Shown here piece by piece: positions 10,590 to 20,071 of a stretch of DNA of 64,000 bases. Position numbers and translations under genes: made by a program. Numbering within the stretch: the first letter of the stretch is position 1; each line of letters opens with the position of its first letter. Location of the stretch: positions 1,012 to 65,011 of the forward strand of contig JAIUMM010000003.1 in assembly GCA_022565615.1 (NCBI GenBank), in the 5' to 3' direction. The stretch is from Nanobdellota archaeon (GTDB taxonomy: Archaea; Nanobdellota; Nanobdellia; Woesearchaeales; UBA583). The notes under the pieces were generated by a model that was given only the letters and a program-made list of their open reading frames with translations, did no database searches and was not told the DNA's origin.

Positions 10590-11844
10590 TTATTCAACTT
10601 TAGATTTATAAATAAAAAAATTAAATATAATAACAATAAGAATTGAAATTACGACTAAAATTATTGAAATTAAAATTAATGAATATTCTAATGCAAATTT
10701 ATCTATTAAAATACCTGAAACAAATAATAATAATGAAGCAAATATAGCTTGGAAAAAAGAAAATAAAGAATGAATTGAAGCTTGGATTTTTTCATTTGAA
10801 CTTTGAGTCTGAATTTTTTCAGATATAAGTATATATAATAAACTACCAATTGACTACATAACACCCATTACTAAAATAACTATGAGCCAATGCATTAAGA
10901 TTACAGCTATCAAACAACTAAACCAAACTACTACCACCACAATGAATAAATTCTCCTCAAAAAAAGTAATTATCTTTGATGAATTCCAAACAATCAATGA
11001 TTGTATTATAGTTGCTAATGCAAAAATAATTCCATAAATCTCAATCCCAAAACGCTCTTTTATCAAAGGCTGATTAAATAAATCCCCAAAAATAGAAATC
11101 AGTCCTCCAAATATTATTGAGAATAGAAGAATAAAAACCAAATATTTATTTTTAAATAAACATATTATTGGAAATTTAAACATTGAAACTATTTCAAAAT
11201 ATAGCCGAGATAATTTCAAGTTTTTCTTTTTAACTTTTTTAATAATTTTTGAATTTTGTAAATTAAAATCAATATTTAAACTTTCTTTAAGTAAAAAAGT
11301 AATTACTAAACTTGAAACTGCAAACGTAGCACTTACAATATAAGGTACAACATAGTTTATATTGAATAAAAATGGAGCAATTAAATTAGTTACAACACCA
11401 GTTACAACCAAGTAAACTTGAATTTTGGATAAATAAAACGAAAATTGATTTGAATTATCAACATAATTTTAAACTCTCATATAACAATGATTCTTCAGCA
11501 CCTGAACTAAATGAAGATCCTAAAATTAAAAATAAAAAGCCTAATAGAAAAGGAATAAATGAAGTTCCAAATATGAAAAATAACATACAAATTGAATAAC
11601 ATACATACGATAACTTTAAACTTATTACCCTTCCATAAACATCTGCAAATAAACCTGTTGGATATTGAAATATAATAGATGCCAAAACAGGTACTGCTAA
11701 AAGTAATCCAATTTGAGAATAAGAATTAATGAATATTTCTAAAAATAAAATGTTAATTACTGCAAAGAAAAATACAAATCCTTTCAAACCAGCAAGAAGT
11801 TGAATCAATAAAATATTTCTATTGAAATAATAAATATTTATCAT
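10590..11844 (-). pseudogene. MFS-type transporter, disrupted (one frameshift and one in-frame TAG)
   Basis: Three collinear pieces. Piece one is 11844-11458 (PTGLFADVYGRV, MFS loop 2-3-like motif). Piece two is 11411-10854. Piece three follows the TAG at 10854-10856 in the same frame for 87 more hydrophobic codons, to the TAA at 10590-10592. The first junction needs a 1-nt frame change near 11455-11472. The total of about 418 codons is normal MFS size. Confidence 0.55.
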
Positions 11845-11930
11845 TACGTATATTTAAAATAAAATACTTATTAAATTTTGTAATTACAGTATAAAAAATC
11901 ATTATACAAAATATCTCTTCAAAATTTATA

Positions 11931-12120
11931 AATCATAATTTGAGAGAATTTGTTCCTCTGACTACTTTTTACTAAAGTACTCAAAAAATATAACTTTGCC
12001 ATCTGGCAATATCTGTGATTCAAAAATTAAAATATAAATTAATTATAATTTTAAACTATTTCTTCCCTCAACTACTTTTTACTAAAGTACTCAAAAAATA
12101 TAGCTTTGCTATATGAAAAT
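11931..12120 (-). repeat. two tandem ~110-nt units, each ending in a fossil L39e C-terminus
   Basis: A 46-nt block at 11955-12000 is repeated at 12065-12110 (about 41/46 identical). The reverse complements of 12043-12075 and 11933-11965 read VVEGRNSLKL-stop and VVRGTNSLKL-stop. Confidence 0.75.
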
Positions 12121-12291
12121 TTATACTTTTAAACTATTTTTTCTCCAACTTCTCTTCATACTCATCTGAGAAGGATGCACTCTTTTACCTTTTCCAAATT
12201 TTTTAATAATAGCAAACATTGGTGCCCATCTTGTTTGAGACTTAGCACTAATTAGTCTTGCTTTTTTTGCAGGATGTTTATATCTTGTCAT
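12121..12291 (-). CDS. rpl39e: 50S ribosomal protein L39e (eL39)
   Basis: 56-aa ORF below the ORF-track length cut-off: MTRYKHPAKKARLISAKSQTRWAPMFAIIKKFGKGKRVHPSQMSMKRSWRKNSLKV. It has the L39e pattern (K..RLa.a.kq.r..P.....K......hp..R.WRr). Confidence 0.85.
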   Translation of the reverse strand: MTRYKHPAKKARLISAKSQTRWAPMFAIIKKFGKGKRVHPSQMSMKRSWRKNSLKV

Positions 12292-12332
12292 TTTTTCTTT
12301 ATATTAGATTATTTTAGATTATTTTCAAATCC

Positions 12333-12617
12333 CTACTCTTCTCCCTCAACTGCAGGATTATTTCTCTTAGCAATATGCTTTGGAACTAAACTCTCCATTA
12401 CATCTTGACTCTCATACACATATACAATTATATGAATTGTTTGTGACCCATAATGAGATTTAATTTCTTGAATTGAAACTAACTTCTCATCAGCTTTTAA
12501 TTGTTTAACAATTTGAGTTTTCAACTCTTCTCTTGAAGGTGTTGAACTTGATTGTATTTCAAATACATACTCAACTCTATCAAGTAATTTATTTTCAACT
12601 TTACTAACTTCTTTCAT
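12333..12617 (-). CDS. rps24e: 30S ribosomal protein S24e (eS24)
   Basis: ENKLLDRVEYVFEI...TPSREELK...HYGSQ...VYVYES...PKHIAKRN; 94 aa; TAG stop. Confidence 0.9.
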   Translation of the reverse strand: MKEVSKVENKLLDRVEYVFEIQSSSTPSREELKTQIVKQLKADEKLVSIQEIKSHYGSQTIHIIVYVYESQDVMESLVPKHIAKRNNPAVEGEE

Positions 12618-12647
12618 TTTTATTTTATTAATTTTATATTTGAAATT

Positions 12648-13283
12648 TTAAAAATCAACATCTACAAATCTATTTTCAATAGACTTTCTTGCAATTTCCT
12701 TAATTCCAGATTTCGTAATAACTTTTGCAATATACCCTCCTCCAGACATATTATCATTCTTAAAAGATGCTAAAAAACCTCTTTCAACTAATTCTTGAGC
12801 CTCTTTTACACTCATATTTGGTTTATAAAATGTATCCAGAACACCTTTTACATATGCAGAACCTGATCCATCAACCACATATCCATCATGAGGTAATATT
12901 GTTCCATCAGGACTTAAATTAAATAACTGAGCACCTTTTGAGGAATCAAATCCACCTAAAATAACACTCACAATTGAACCCATCTGTCTAAGCATTGAGT
13001 ACTGAGTTGAATTAATAAGCATTGCAGCTTCAATAACATAAGACTCTCGTTCATTTTTAAGTTTTGATAATTTCAACTCACCTTGCATTGCTCTCATTAC
13101 ACGTTGATTATCAGCAGCATGACCTGCTGTTGTTGCAACAATATTTGATGATAACTCATACACTTTAGTTGCTGCATCTGATGCAATAAATCCCGCAGTA
13201 GTTCTTCTATCTGCAGCTAGTATTACTCCATCTTTACATAACAAACCAATACAAGTTGTTCCTGTTTTAACTTTTTCAACCAT
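12648..13283 (-). CDS. psmB: proteasome subunit beta
   Basis: Short propeptide followed by the catalytic Thr context GTTCIGLLCKDGVILAADRRTT; 211 aa. Confidence 0.9.
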   Translation of the reverse strand: MVEKVKTGTTCIGLLCKDGVILAADRRTTAGFIASDAATKVYELSSNIVATTAGHAADNQRVMRAMQGELKLSKLKNERESYVIEAAMLINSTQYSMLRQMGSIVSVILGGFDSSKGAQLFNLSPDGTILPHDGYVVDGSGSAYVKGVLDTFYKPNMSVKEAQELVERGFLASFKNDNMSGGGYIAKVITKSGIKEIARKSIENRFVDVDF

Positions 13284-13318
13284 TTTTTTATATTTTTTAT
13301 AAATTTAATAAAATAACT

Positions 13319-13924
13319 CTACTTAGCAGCAGCAGCCATTTTCTCAATTTCATTTCTTCTTGACATTGCAAGTGAATTTCCTGTCCAATTATAACAATCC
13401 ATAATTTCATCAACAAGAGTATCTTTTAATTTTGCAGTTGAACCAAACGCTTTGTGTGTTGCTCCTTGTGCAATATATCTAAGTACTAAATCAACTCTTC
13501 TTTGAGGTCCAATATCAACTGCTTGAGCATATCTTGCACCTGATCTTTCAATTGTAATTACTTCTTCTCTTGGAGCTGCATTTTCAATTGCTTTAACAAG
13601 TACTTGAATTGGATTTAATTTAGTTCTTCTCTCTAATTCCTCTAAAACTGAATACATAATTGTAGCATGAGTCATAGCTTTTCCAGTATTATAACCTGAA
13701 GTAAATTTATGTTTTTTACCTTTATGACCACACACTGCAAGTCTAATCATTAATCTCTCAATAATATTTACTTTAGTTTTATAAAAAGGAGTATTATGAA
13801 AGTATCCATTAGTTTTAGGAACTACAATTGGTTCTATATTTAAATAACCAATAAGTCCTTGATCTTGAATCATTACATCATCAAACGACCATCTATTAAA
13901 TAATTTTAATTGCTGATTTGCCAT
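13319..13924 (-). CDS. rps7: 30S ribosomal protein S7 (uS7)
   Basis: 201 aa of the archaeal S7/S5e type (KLFNRWSFDDV..., RLMIRL..., ARYAQAVDI...); TAG stop. Confidence 0.95.
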   Translation of the reverse strand: MANQQLKLFNRWSFDDVMIQDQGLIGYLNIEPIVVPKTNGYFHNTPFYKTKVNIIERLMIRLAVCGHKGKKHKFTSGYNTGKAMTHATIMYSVLEELERRTKLNPIQVLVKAIENAAPREEVITIERSGARYAQAVDIGPQRRVDLVLRYIAQGATHKAFGSTAKLKDTLVDEIMDCYNWTGNSLAMSRRNEIEKMAAAAK

Positions 13925-13935
13925 TTTTTATATAA

Positions 13936-14358
13936 TTACTTTCTCGCCCTCTCAATTTTACCTTTAACAAGTGCCTTTAAAGATTGCCCATTTACTTTAA
14001 TAACTTTTCTTCTAATACCTGGAATATCTCCTTTAGCTTTTCCTTGAATTCCACCAATTCCTTCAATAACTACTTCATCGTGTTCATTTACAAACTTAGA
14101 AGCATTATTTCCAGGTAAAAAAGCACCAACAGTTTTTCCATTTTTAGATAATTGAACAGTTACACACTTTCTAAGAGCTGAATTTGGTTGTTTAGCACCT
14201 TTTTGTGTTTTTTCAATTACAATCCCTTTTGCTTGAACTGAATTTCCAAGTGGGTCATATTTTGCTTTTTTAAGTAAATCTACTTTTTTTTTCTTAAAAG
14301 TTTTTCTCTTTGCAATCATCTTCTTTGCTGCAAATAATCCATTAGTTTTTCTTGACAT
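13936..14358 (-). CDS. rps12: 30S ribosomal protein S12 (uS12)
   Basis: [26 protein letters not shown]...[29 protein letters not shown]. Confidence 0.95.
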   Translation of the reverse strand: MSRKTNGLFAAKKMIAKRKTFKKKKVDLLKKAKYDPLGNSVQAKGIVIEKTQKGAKQPNSALRKCVTVQLSKNGKTVGAFLPGNNASKFVNEHDEVVIEGIGGIQGKAKGDIPGIRRKVIKVNGQSLKALVKGKIERARK

Positions 14359-14360
14359 CT

Positions 14361-14735
14361 TTATTGAACCTCCTTACTCACCCAAACAGTTGATACTGCA
14401 AATGGTTTTGATAACTTTCTTCCTAACTCATTATTATCAATTGCTACTTGTTCAACTTCAATTCCATTTAATTGAGCATAGTATGATAACTTTTGTTGTG
14501 TTAGTTCATCACAATTACTAGCAAAAAACACTTTTACAGCTTTTGCATTTTTAAGTGCTTTTTCAGCAACTTTTGAACCACAGTGTAATCTTAACTCTCT
14601 TTGAAATGAAAGAAGCTCTTTAATTGCTCCATCTTCTTGTTTTTTATCTTTAGTTCTTTTAACAAAAGACTTTGTAAAACCTTTCAATTCATTAGATGGT
14701 GTTACACTTTCTTGATAACTATCTTGTAAATCCAT
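14361..14735 (-). CDS. rpl30e: 50S ribosomal protein L30e (eL30) with ~30-aa N-terminal extension
   Basis: L7Ae/L30e-fold pattern [24 protein letters not shown]...[28 protein letters not shown]. It sits upstream of rps12-rps7, as in archaeal str-like clusters. Confidence 0.75.
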   Translation of the reverse strand: MDLQDSYQESVTPSNELKGFTKSFVKRTKDKKQEDGAIKELLSFQRELRLHCGSKVAEKALKNAKAVKVFFASNCDELTQQKLSYYAQLNGIEVEQVAIDNNELGRKLSKPFAVSTVWVSKEVQ

Positions 14736-14899
14736 TTTTTAATTACGATTTTAAATAGAAGAAGAATGATACTCTTTGTTACACTTTAATAACAAAAATT
14801 TCTAAAAAAGAGCACTCCACATATATAATATATGCTTCTCATCTCTTCTTCTTAACAAAAGAAAAGAAATAAGTATTTATAAAATTAAGTAGTTAATAC

Positions 14900-15211
14900 T
14901 TAGCCTACAATCATCCAAATTATAGAAAATACAACTGTTAATGCTAAATGAATATAAGGTGCAGAAATTAATAATACCTCTAAATTATTAGATTTATTCT
15001 TCTTTAAAACATACGTTAATAATGATGCGAAATAAGTTATAGGATATGACATTGAAAGTATTAAAAATAATGTTGCAACTAATGCATTTAAATCAAAACT
15101 TTCTCCTCCAACTGCTGCAAGAGACATAATTCCTGCAATAAATACTAATGGATATATTAAGAGTAATGAACCTGAAACTATAAATGAAACTATTGGAATT
15201 AATTTATTCAT
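14900..15211 (-). CDS. small membrane protein (3 TM), unknown function
   Basis: The ORF-track ORF (to 15337) runs into tRNA-Glu. The internal ATG at 15211 (MNKLIPIVSF...) gives a 103-aa hydrophobic protein. Confidence 0.4.
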   Translation of the reverse strand: MNKLIPIVSFIVSGSLLLIYPLVFIAGIMSLAAVGGESFDLNALVATLFLILSMSYPITYFASLLTYVLKKNKSNNLEVLLISAPYIHLALTVVFSIIWMIVG

Positions 15212-15277
15212 TAATATCTTAAAACTTATATGCTTAAATATATTTGCACTACTTAAAAACTTCAAAAAAAAGAAATA

Positions 15278-15285
15278 TTTATAAA
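15278..15285 (+). promoter_or_regulatory. candidate TATA box for tRNA-Glu
   Basis: TTTATAAA ends 25 nt upstream of the tRNA 5' end. Confidence 0.35.
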
Positions 15286-15309
15286 ATGAATGATAATTAT
15301 TATACTTAT

Positions 15310-15384
15310 CCCCCTGTGGTGTAGTCCGGCCAATCATTTCGGCCTTTCGAGCCGAGGACCTGGGTTCGAATCCCGGCGGGGGGG
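15310..15384 (+). tRNA. tRNA-Glu (anticodon TTC)
   Basis: D arm GTGTAGTCCGGCCAATCAT is typical of archaeal tRNA-Glu. Anticodon loop CTTTCGA; T arm CTGGG-TTCGAAT-CCCGG. Unusual acceptor CCCCCTG/CGGGGGG (C1:G72). Confidence 0.85.
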
Positions 15385-15435
15385 CTAATTTATTTTTCTA
15401 AACTTAAATTTTAACTCTATAATAAAGTATACTAT

Positions 15436-15510
15436 GAGCTGTTAGCTCAGTCTGGTCAGAGCAGTGGACTCTTAATCCAAAGGTCGCGGGTTCGAATCCC
15501 GTACGGCTCG
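15436..15510 (+). tRNA. tRNA-Lys (anticodon CTT)
   Basis: Acceptor GAGCTGT/ACGGCTC, D arm AGCTCAGTCTGGTCAGAGC, anticodon loop CTCTTAA, T arm GCGGG-TTCGAAT-CCCGT. Confidence 0.9.
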
Positions 15511-15613
15511 TATGTTTTAAATATATTGCAACTATTTTACTTACTAAAATTAAGATATACTCCTTTTAAAGAATACATAACTATTTTAAAAAAAATATTT
15601 TATAATAAAATAT

Positions 15614-16426
15614 ATGAATATTTCACTCTTTGACTTTGAACAAAAATTTAAATCAATTACCATAATCTCTTTAAAAGACTGCTCTTCAAAAGATTATAAA
15701 GAGTCTAGATATACAATACTTGGATATAGAGCAGATGATATAAAATCATTTATCTACAAACCATATTTAGAACTAGAAACTAAATCAAAAATAGAGTTTT
15801 TAAATTCTATTATATTATATTCTAAAATTAGTGAGAGTGTAAGTTGGGCATTGTATAAATTAGAAGAATTTAACATTGAGGAATTAATTCAAAATAAAAA
15901 TATTCTTCTCAATTGGGCAAATATAATTGAAAACTGGTGGCATTGCGATCAACTAAGCTCAATATATAACCAAATATTAGATAATCATCGTTTATTTTTC
16001 AAAGAACTACAATCATTTAATTCATTTTCATATCCTTGGCATAGAAGACTCTCTGTAACATCTCTATATTACTATGCAAAAAATTGTAAAAAACCTCTTC
16101 CACTTGAGATGACACTCCCACTTATTGAAAGATTATTGTCTGATGAACATTATTATGTTCAAAAAGCAGTTGGATGGACACTTAGAGAAATGAGTCAAAT
16201 TAATTATGAGCACACACTTAAATTTTTAAAAATTCATGCAAAACACATTGCACCTGCTGGATTTAGTACAGCTCTTGAAAAAATTAAAGAAAAAGATAAA
16301 ACATATATTAAAGAATTAAGAAAAAAAGATAACTCAAATCCGCATGAATTTGAAGCACACCATACACCTTTTTCAATTTCATCACACAAATTAAAAGAAG
16401 ATATTCACAATCATTTGCGAAATTAA
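15614..16426 (+). CDS. DNA alkylation repair (AlkD-like HEAT-repeat) protein
   Basis: 270 aa, helical repeats. YYVQKAVGWTLREMS matches the conserved motif of the DNA_alkylation family. Confidence 0.6.
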   Translation: MNISLFDFEQKFKSITIISLKDCSSKDYKESRYTILGYRADDIKSFIYKPYLELETKSKIEFLNSIILYSKISESVSWALYKLEEFNIEELIQNKNILLNWANIIENWWHCDQLSSIYNQILDNHRLFFKELQSFNSFSYPWHRRLSVTSLYYYAKNCKKPLPLEMTLPLIERLLSDEHYYVQKAVGWTLREMSQINYEHTLKFLKIHAKHIAPAGFSTALEKIKEKDKTYIKELRKKDNSNPHEFEAHHTPFSISSHKLKEDIHNHLRN

Positions 16427-16432
16427 TTAAAA

Positions 16433-17635
16433 ATGAAAACATTAAACATAATACTAACTCTAATTTTATTCATCACTTCAATAATAAAAAGTGCATATGC
16501 AATCCCACCTCCTGAATTTTTTATTGCATTTTTTAATATGATGTTACAATTTTTAGGACTTGTTTTTGCTATTTTTTTAGGATGGTTATACTCATTTTTT
16601 AAATTTTTTAAGTTTCATAAAAAAAGAATTTTAATATTAACATTAAGTATTATTTTATTTTTAATAATCATTATTGTGGGAATTTCATATTATAATTTTA
16701 AAGTACAAGAATCTGAGCAAGAATGGAACTCTCAAATCCAAAATGAAATTTCAAGTTCTATTCAAGAAACACTTATGTTAATGGAAAATTTAACCCCTGA
16801 AGAAAAGAAATTGTGGAGTAGTCATGAACAAATTTCAAATTTAGTTATTGAAGAAGTTACATTTAAAAATCCTCAACTTGATAAACAAATAATCTCAAAT
16901 GATTTTATTGAAAATATTGGAACTTATGAAGATTTAAATATCCTAATTTTAGATATAAGAGATAACATTTCATTTCAAAGAGGTAAATTTAAAGATTCTC
17001 TTCATATCAAACTTGCAGATCTAGTTTCAGGAGGATGGGAAAATTTAAGTTTAGAAGAATATGATTATGTATTTTTAGTATGCTATGCTGGAACAAGTGG
17101 TTATTTGGCAACTGAATTTCTAACTAGTAAAGGATTTAACAATATTTATTATTTTAAAAATGGATTATTAGAATTTACCCAACATCAATTATTTAGAGAA
17201 CTATATGAAGGTGAATTTGTTTTAAGTTTTCCAGCTAATCAAAATTCATTCTTAACATTACAAGAATTTAATACTCTACAAAATAATGATGAAATTGTTT
17301 TACTTGATATTAGACCAATTACTAAATTCATTAATGAACCAATTAGTCAAAATGCTCATTATTTTTTTTATGAAGCAATGACCACTAAACAAGTTGATAT
17401 ATTTTTTTCTCAGTTTGAACCAAATACTCAGTTTATTTTATATTGTGATTCAGGTCTTACTTGCTGGCTTACAGGAGTAATTTTTTATGAGCTTCAAAAT
17501 AGAGATTTTCAATATAGAGGAAGATTTACAACTAATGAAGAACTTTTATTGACATATAGAAATGGTCAAAGTATTTCAAATGAAAATTATCAAAGAGTAA
17601 TTCAAAGTCTAAATAACAATGGAAGAATCAAATAA
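16433..17635 (+). CDS. membrane-anchored protein with two rhodanese-like domains
   Basis: Signal/TM segments at the N-terminus. Two rhodanese-like modules: ILDIRD...VFLVCYAGTSG...YYFKNG and LLDIRP...FILYCDSGLTC. Confidence 0.6.
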   Translation: MKTLNIILTLILFITSIIKSAYAIPPPEFFIAFFNMMLQFLGLVFAIFLGWLYSFFKFFKFHKKRILILTLSIILFLIIIIVGISYYNFKVQESEQEWNSQIQNEISSSIQETLMLMENLTPEEKKLWSSHEQISNLVIEEVTFKNPQLDKQIISNDFIENIGTYEDLNILILDIRDNISFQRGKFKDSLHIKLADLVSGGWENLSLEEYDYVFLVCYAGTSGYLATEFLTSKGFNNIYYFKNGLLEFTQHQLFRELYEGEFVLSFPANQNSFLTLQEFNTLQNNDEIVLLDIRPITKFINEPISQNAHYFFYEAMTTKQVDIFFSQFEPNTQFILYCDSGLTCWLTGVIFYELQNRDFQYRGRFTTNEELLLTYRNGQSISNENYQRVIQSLNNNGRIK

Positions 17636-19406
17636 ATTTAAATATCTTAACATTGCAAAAAATAAAGGAATTAATGTGCCAGATTTAATATATATTAATT
17701 TTGAAAATTATAATCAAGACACTGTCAAATTATTTCTAAAAAAATCCTCTTCAAAATATTTTATTATTAGAAGTGCAATTCAAGTTGAAGATTCTATTTC
17801 AAAGTCATATGCAGGACATTTTTATAGCTCTTCTAAAATTAGTAAAGAAAATATTTTAAAAGAGTTATTAACTGTAAAAAATAAAAATGAAGAACTCATT
17901 ACAGAATATAATTTAGATTTAAAAGTCACACTATTTATACAAGAATTTATTGATTCAAAAATTGGAGGAATTTCTTTTTTTCCTTGGAAATATTATTCAA
18001 AACATTTTTTAACCAATATTTCAACAAGTGGGATTCAAAATTGTGTTAATGGAGTTGATTCAACATCATATCTAATTTCAATAGACAAATTATTTAAAAT
18101 TTCAAAATATGAAGATTCACTAAATTTAATTGATGAATTTATTAAAGAAAAATTAATTTCATTAATCTTAAAACTTAAAGAAATTTTTTCATTTAAATTT
18201 GATATTGAATGGATTTATTACAATAAACAAATTTATTTAGTTCAAATTAGACCTGTGACAATTGAGCCCTCATCAATTCTAAATGAAAATGAGAATATTA
18301 AAAAATACAATATTACTCAATTAAACAAAAATTCAACTCAATTAGAAATGAATTGGCAATTTACTCAATTTAGTGAAAATCTTGGAATTTTATCGCCTCT
18401 TTCATTTAGTTTAATACAAAAATTATTCAATGAATCAAATACGTATTTACAAGAAATCAATTTTAAAGCTTTAAATAGTAATTATCTTCATAGATTAACA
18501 AATGGCCAAGTATTAGTTAATGTTGATAAATATAATTCAAATTTTAATAATTGCTCTATTTTTTCTGCATTTTTAAGAGGTCTTAATAATTATAAGCAAT
18601 TAAATTTAATTAATGAGTTTATTGAAAATTACTTGAAATCTCAAAAATCCAAATTTAATTATAATCTGATCGTAAAAATATTTGGATATTGGCAACAATC
18701 TATCATTTATTCATATGGATTTAAAGAAAAATTTAATTCTAATTATTACTCACATAATGAATATGAGTTAACAAATATATTTCCCCTTCCAACTCCCTCT
18801 TTTAAGTATTTAAAAAATTGGAATCTAGTTAAAAATTTATTAAAATTACTATTTCTATTTGAACTCAATAAACTTAAAATTGAATTACAAAAGTCAAATT
18901 TTGATTTTCAATTTTTAGAATTTGATTATTACTTACAAATTAGACATAATTCTTCTCATTTCTCATCATCTCTAAACACTAGTAAAATTAGAGAAAATTA
19001 TATTAAAGATTTGGAACTTGGAGTATTTGATATTGAGTTTTTTTTGGAGAATTCTAATCAAAAAGTTAAAAGTTCATTAAATTCTAAAAAAATAAAATCA
19101 ATTAAAGGTGAAGTTATTGTTATTAAAAATTCTAATTTAAATTTAGAACAATTACATATTACTTTAATTCCAAAGTCTGAAAAAAAAATTCTAATTTCTA
19201 AATATTTTAAAAATGAATGGATTTCACAAATTGAAAATTTTAAAGCAATAATTCTAGAATTAGGAGGTGAACTCTCACATAGTGCAATAGTTGCAAGAGA
19301 AAAAAATATTCCATATGTTATACAACAAAAAGATATTACTTCAAAATTTAAAACTGGAGATTTAATTTATTACAATTCTAAAACTAGCTCTTTTGAGAAA
19401 AAATAA
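17619..19406 (+). CDS. PEP-utilising-enzyme family phosphotransferase (PPDK_N-like ATP-grasp plus swivel His domain, no TIM-barrel domain)
   Basis: The N-terminus FIIRSAIQVEDSISKSYAGHFYSS resembles VRSSA..ED....SFAG of PEP synthase/PPDK. The C-terminus GGELSHSAIVAREKNIPYV is the mobile phospho-His domain. Overlaps the upstream gene by 17 nt. Confidence 0.65.
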   Translation: MEESNKFKYLNIAKNKGINVPDLIYINFENYNQDTVKLFLKKSSSKYFIIRSAIQVEDSISKSYAGHFYSSSKISKENILKELLTVKNKNEELITEYNLDLKVTLFIQEFIDSKIGGISFFPWKYYSKHFLTNISTSGIQNCVNGVDSTSYLISIDKLFKISKYEDSLNLIDEFIKEKLISLILKLKEIFSFKFDIEWIYYNKQIYLVQIRPVTIEPSSILNENENIKKYNITQLNKNSTQLEMNWQFTQFSENLGILSPLSFSLIQKLFNESNTYLQEINFKALNSNYLHRLTNGQVLVNVDKYNSNFNNCSIFSAFLRGLNNYKQLNLINEFIENYLKSQKSKFNYNLIVKIFGYWQQSIIYSYGFKEKFNSNYYSHNEYELTNIFPLPTPSFKYLKNWNLVKNLLKLLFLFELNKLKIELQKSNFDFQFLEFDYYLQIRHNSSHFSSSLNTSKIRENYIKDLELGVFDIEFFLENSNQKVKSSLNSKKIKSIKGEVIVIKNSNLNLEQLHITLIPKSEKKILISKYFKNEWISQIENFKAIILELGGELSHSAIVAREKNIPYVIQQKDITSKFKTGDLIYYNSKTSSFEKK

Positions 19407-19442
19407 CTTAACTTTTTAAAAGTTGAATTTCTAATTACTTAT

Positions 19443-20054
19443 ATGAAAATAGGAATAATAATTGGAAGTCATAGAAGTGAGTCACAATCAAGTAAAGTTG
19501 GAAAATATATTAAAAAAGAATTAGTAAAATTATATTCAAATACTGCTTCATTCTACACACTTGATTTGAGAAATAATCCTCTTCCTTTATGGAGGGAAGA
19601 AAAGTGGCAACCTGAGAGTGATATGCAAAAACTATGGGAACCTTATTCTGAAGAACTCAAAACTTGTGATGGATTTATAGTAATTTCTCCTGAATGGGGA
19701 GGAATGGTACCAAGTGGACTTAAAAATTTCTTTTTATTATGTGAATCACAAGAACTTGCACATAAACCCGCGTTATTAGTTAGTATAAGTGCTGGGATTA
19801 ATGGAGTATATCCAATTAGTGAGTTAAGAATGAGTAGTTACAAAAATACATATATTTCATATTTACCAAGTCATATAATTGTAAGAAATGTAGGAGATGT
19901 TCTTAATGAAGAAGAATCAATAAATGAAAGAGATAAAAGTATTCGTGAGAAAATTTGGTATGAATTAAATATATTTACTCATTATGTTAAAGCATATAAG
20001 AAAATAAGACAAGAAGGAGAATTTGATTTCAAGAAATATCCCTTTGGAATGTGA
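19443..20054 (+). CDS. NAD(P)H-dependent FMN reductase family protein
   Basis: MKIGIIIGSHRSESQSSKVGKYI...DGFIVISPEWGGMVPSGLKNFF flavodoxin-like pattern. Confidence 0.7.
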   Translation: MKIGIIIGSHRSESQSSKVGKYIKKELVKLYSNTASFYTLDLRNNPLPLWREEKWQPESDMQKLWEPYSEELKTCDGFIVISPEWGGMVPSGLKNFFLLCESQELAHKPALLVSISAGINGVYPISELRMSSYKNTYISYLPSHIIVRNVGDVLNEEESINERDKSIREKIWYELNIFTHYVKAYKKIRQEGEFDFKKYPFGM

Positions 20055-20071
20055 AAATTCCCCCGAAGAGA

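Noticed and set aside
14900-15337. The full-length ORF-track ORF 14900-15337
   Set aside because: Its first 42 codons run through the tRNA-Glu gene and promoter on the opposite strand. It is shortened to the internal ATG at 15211.
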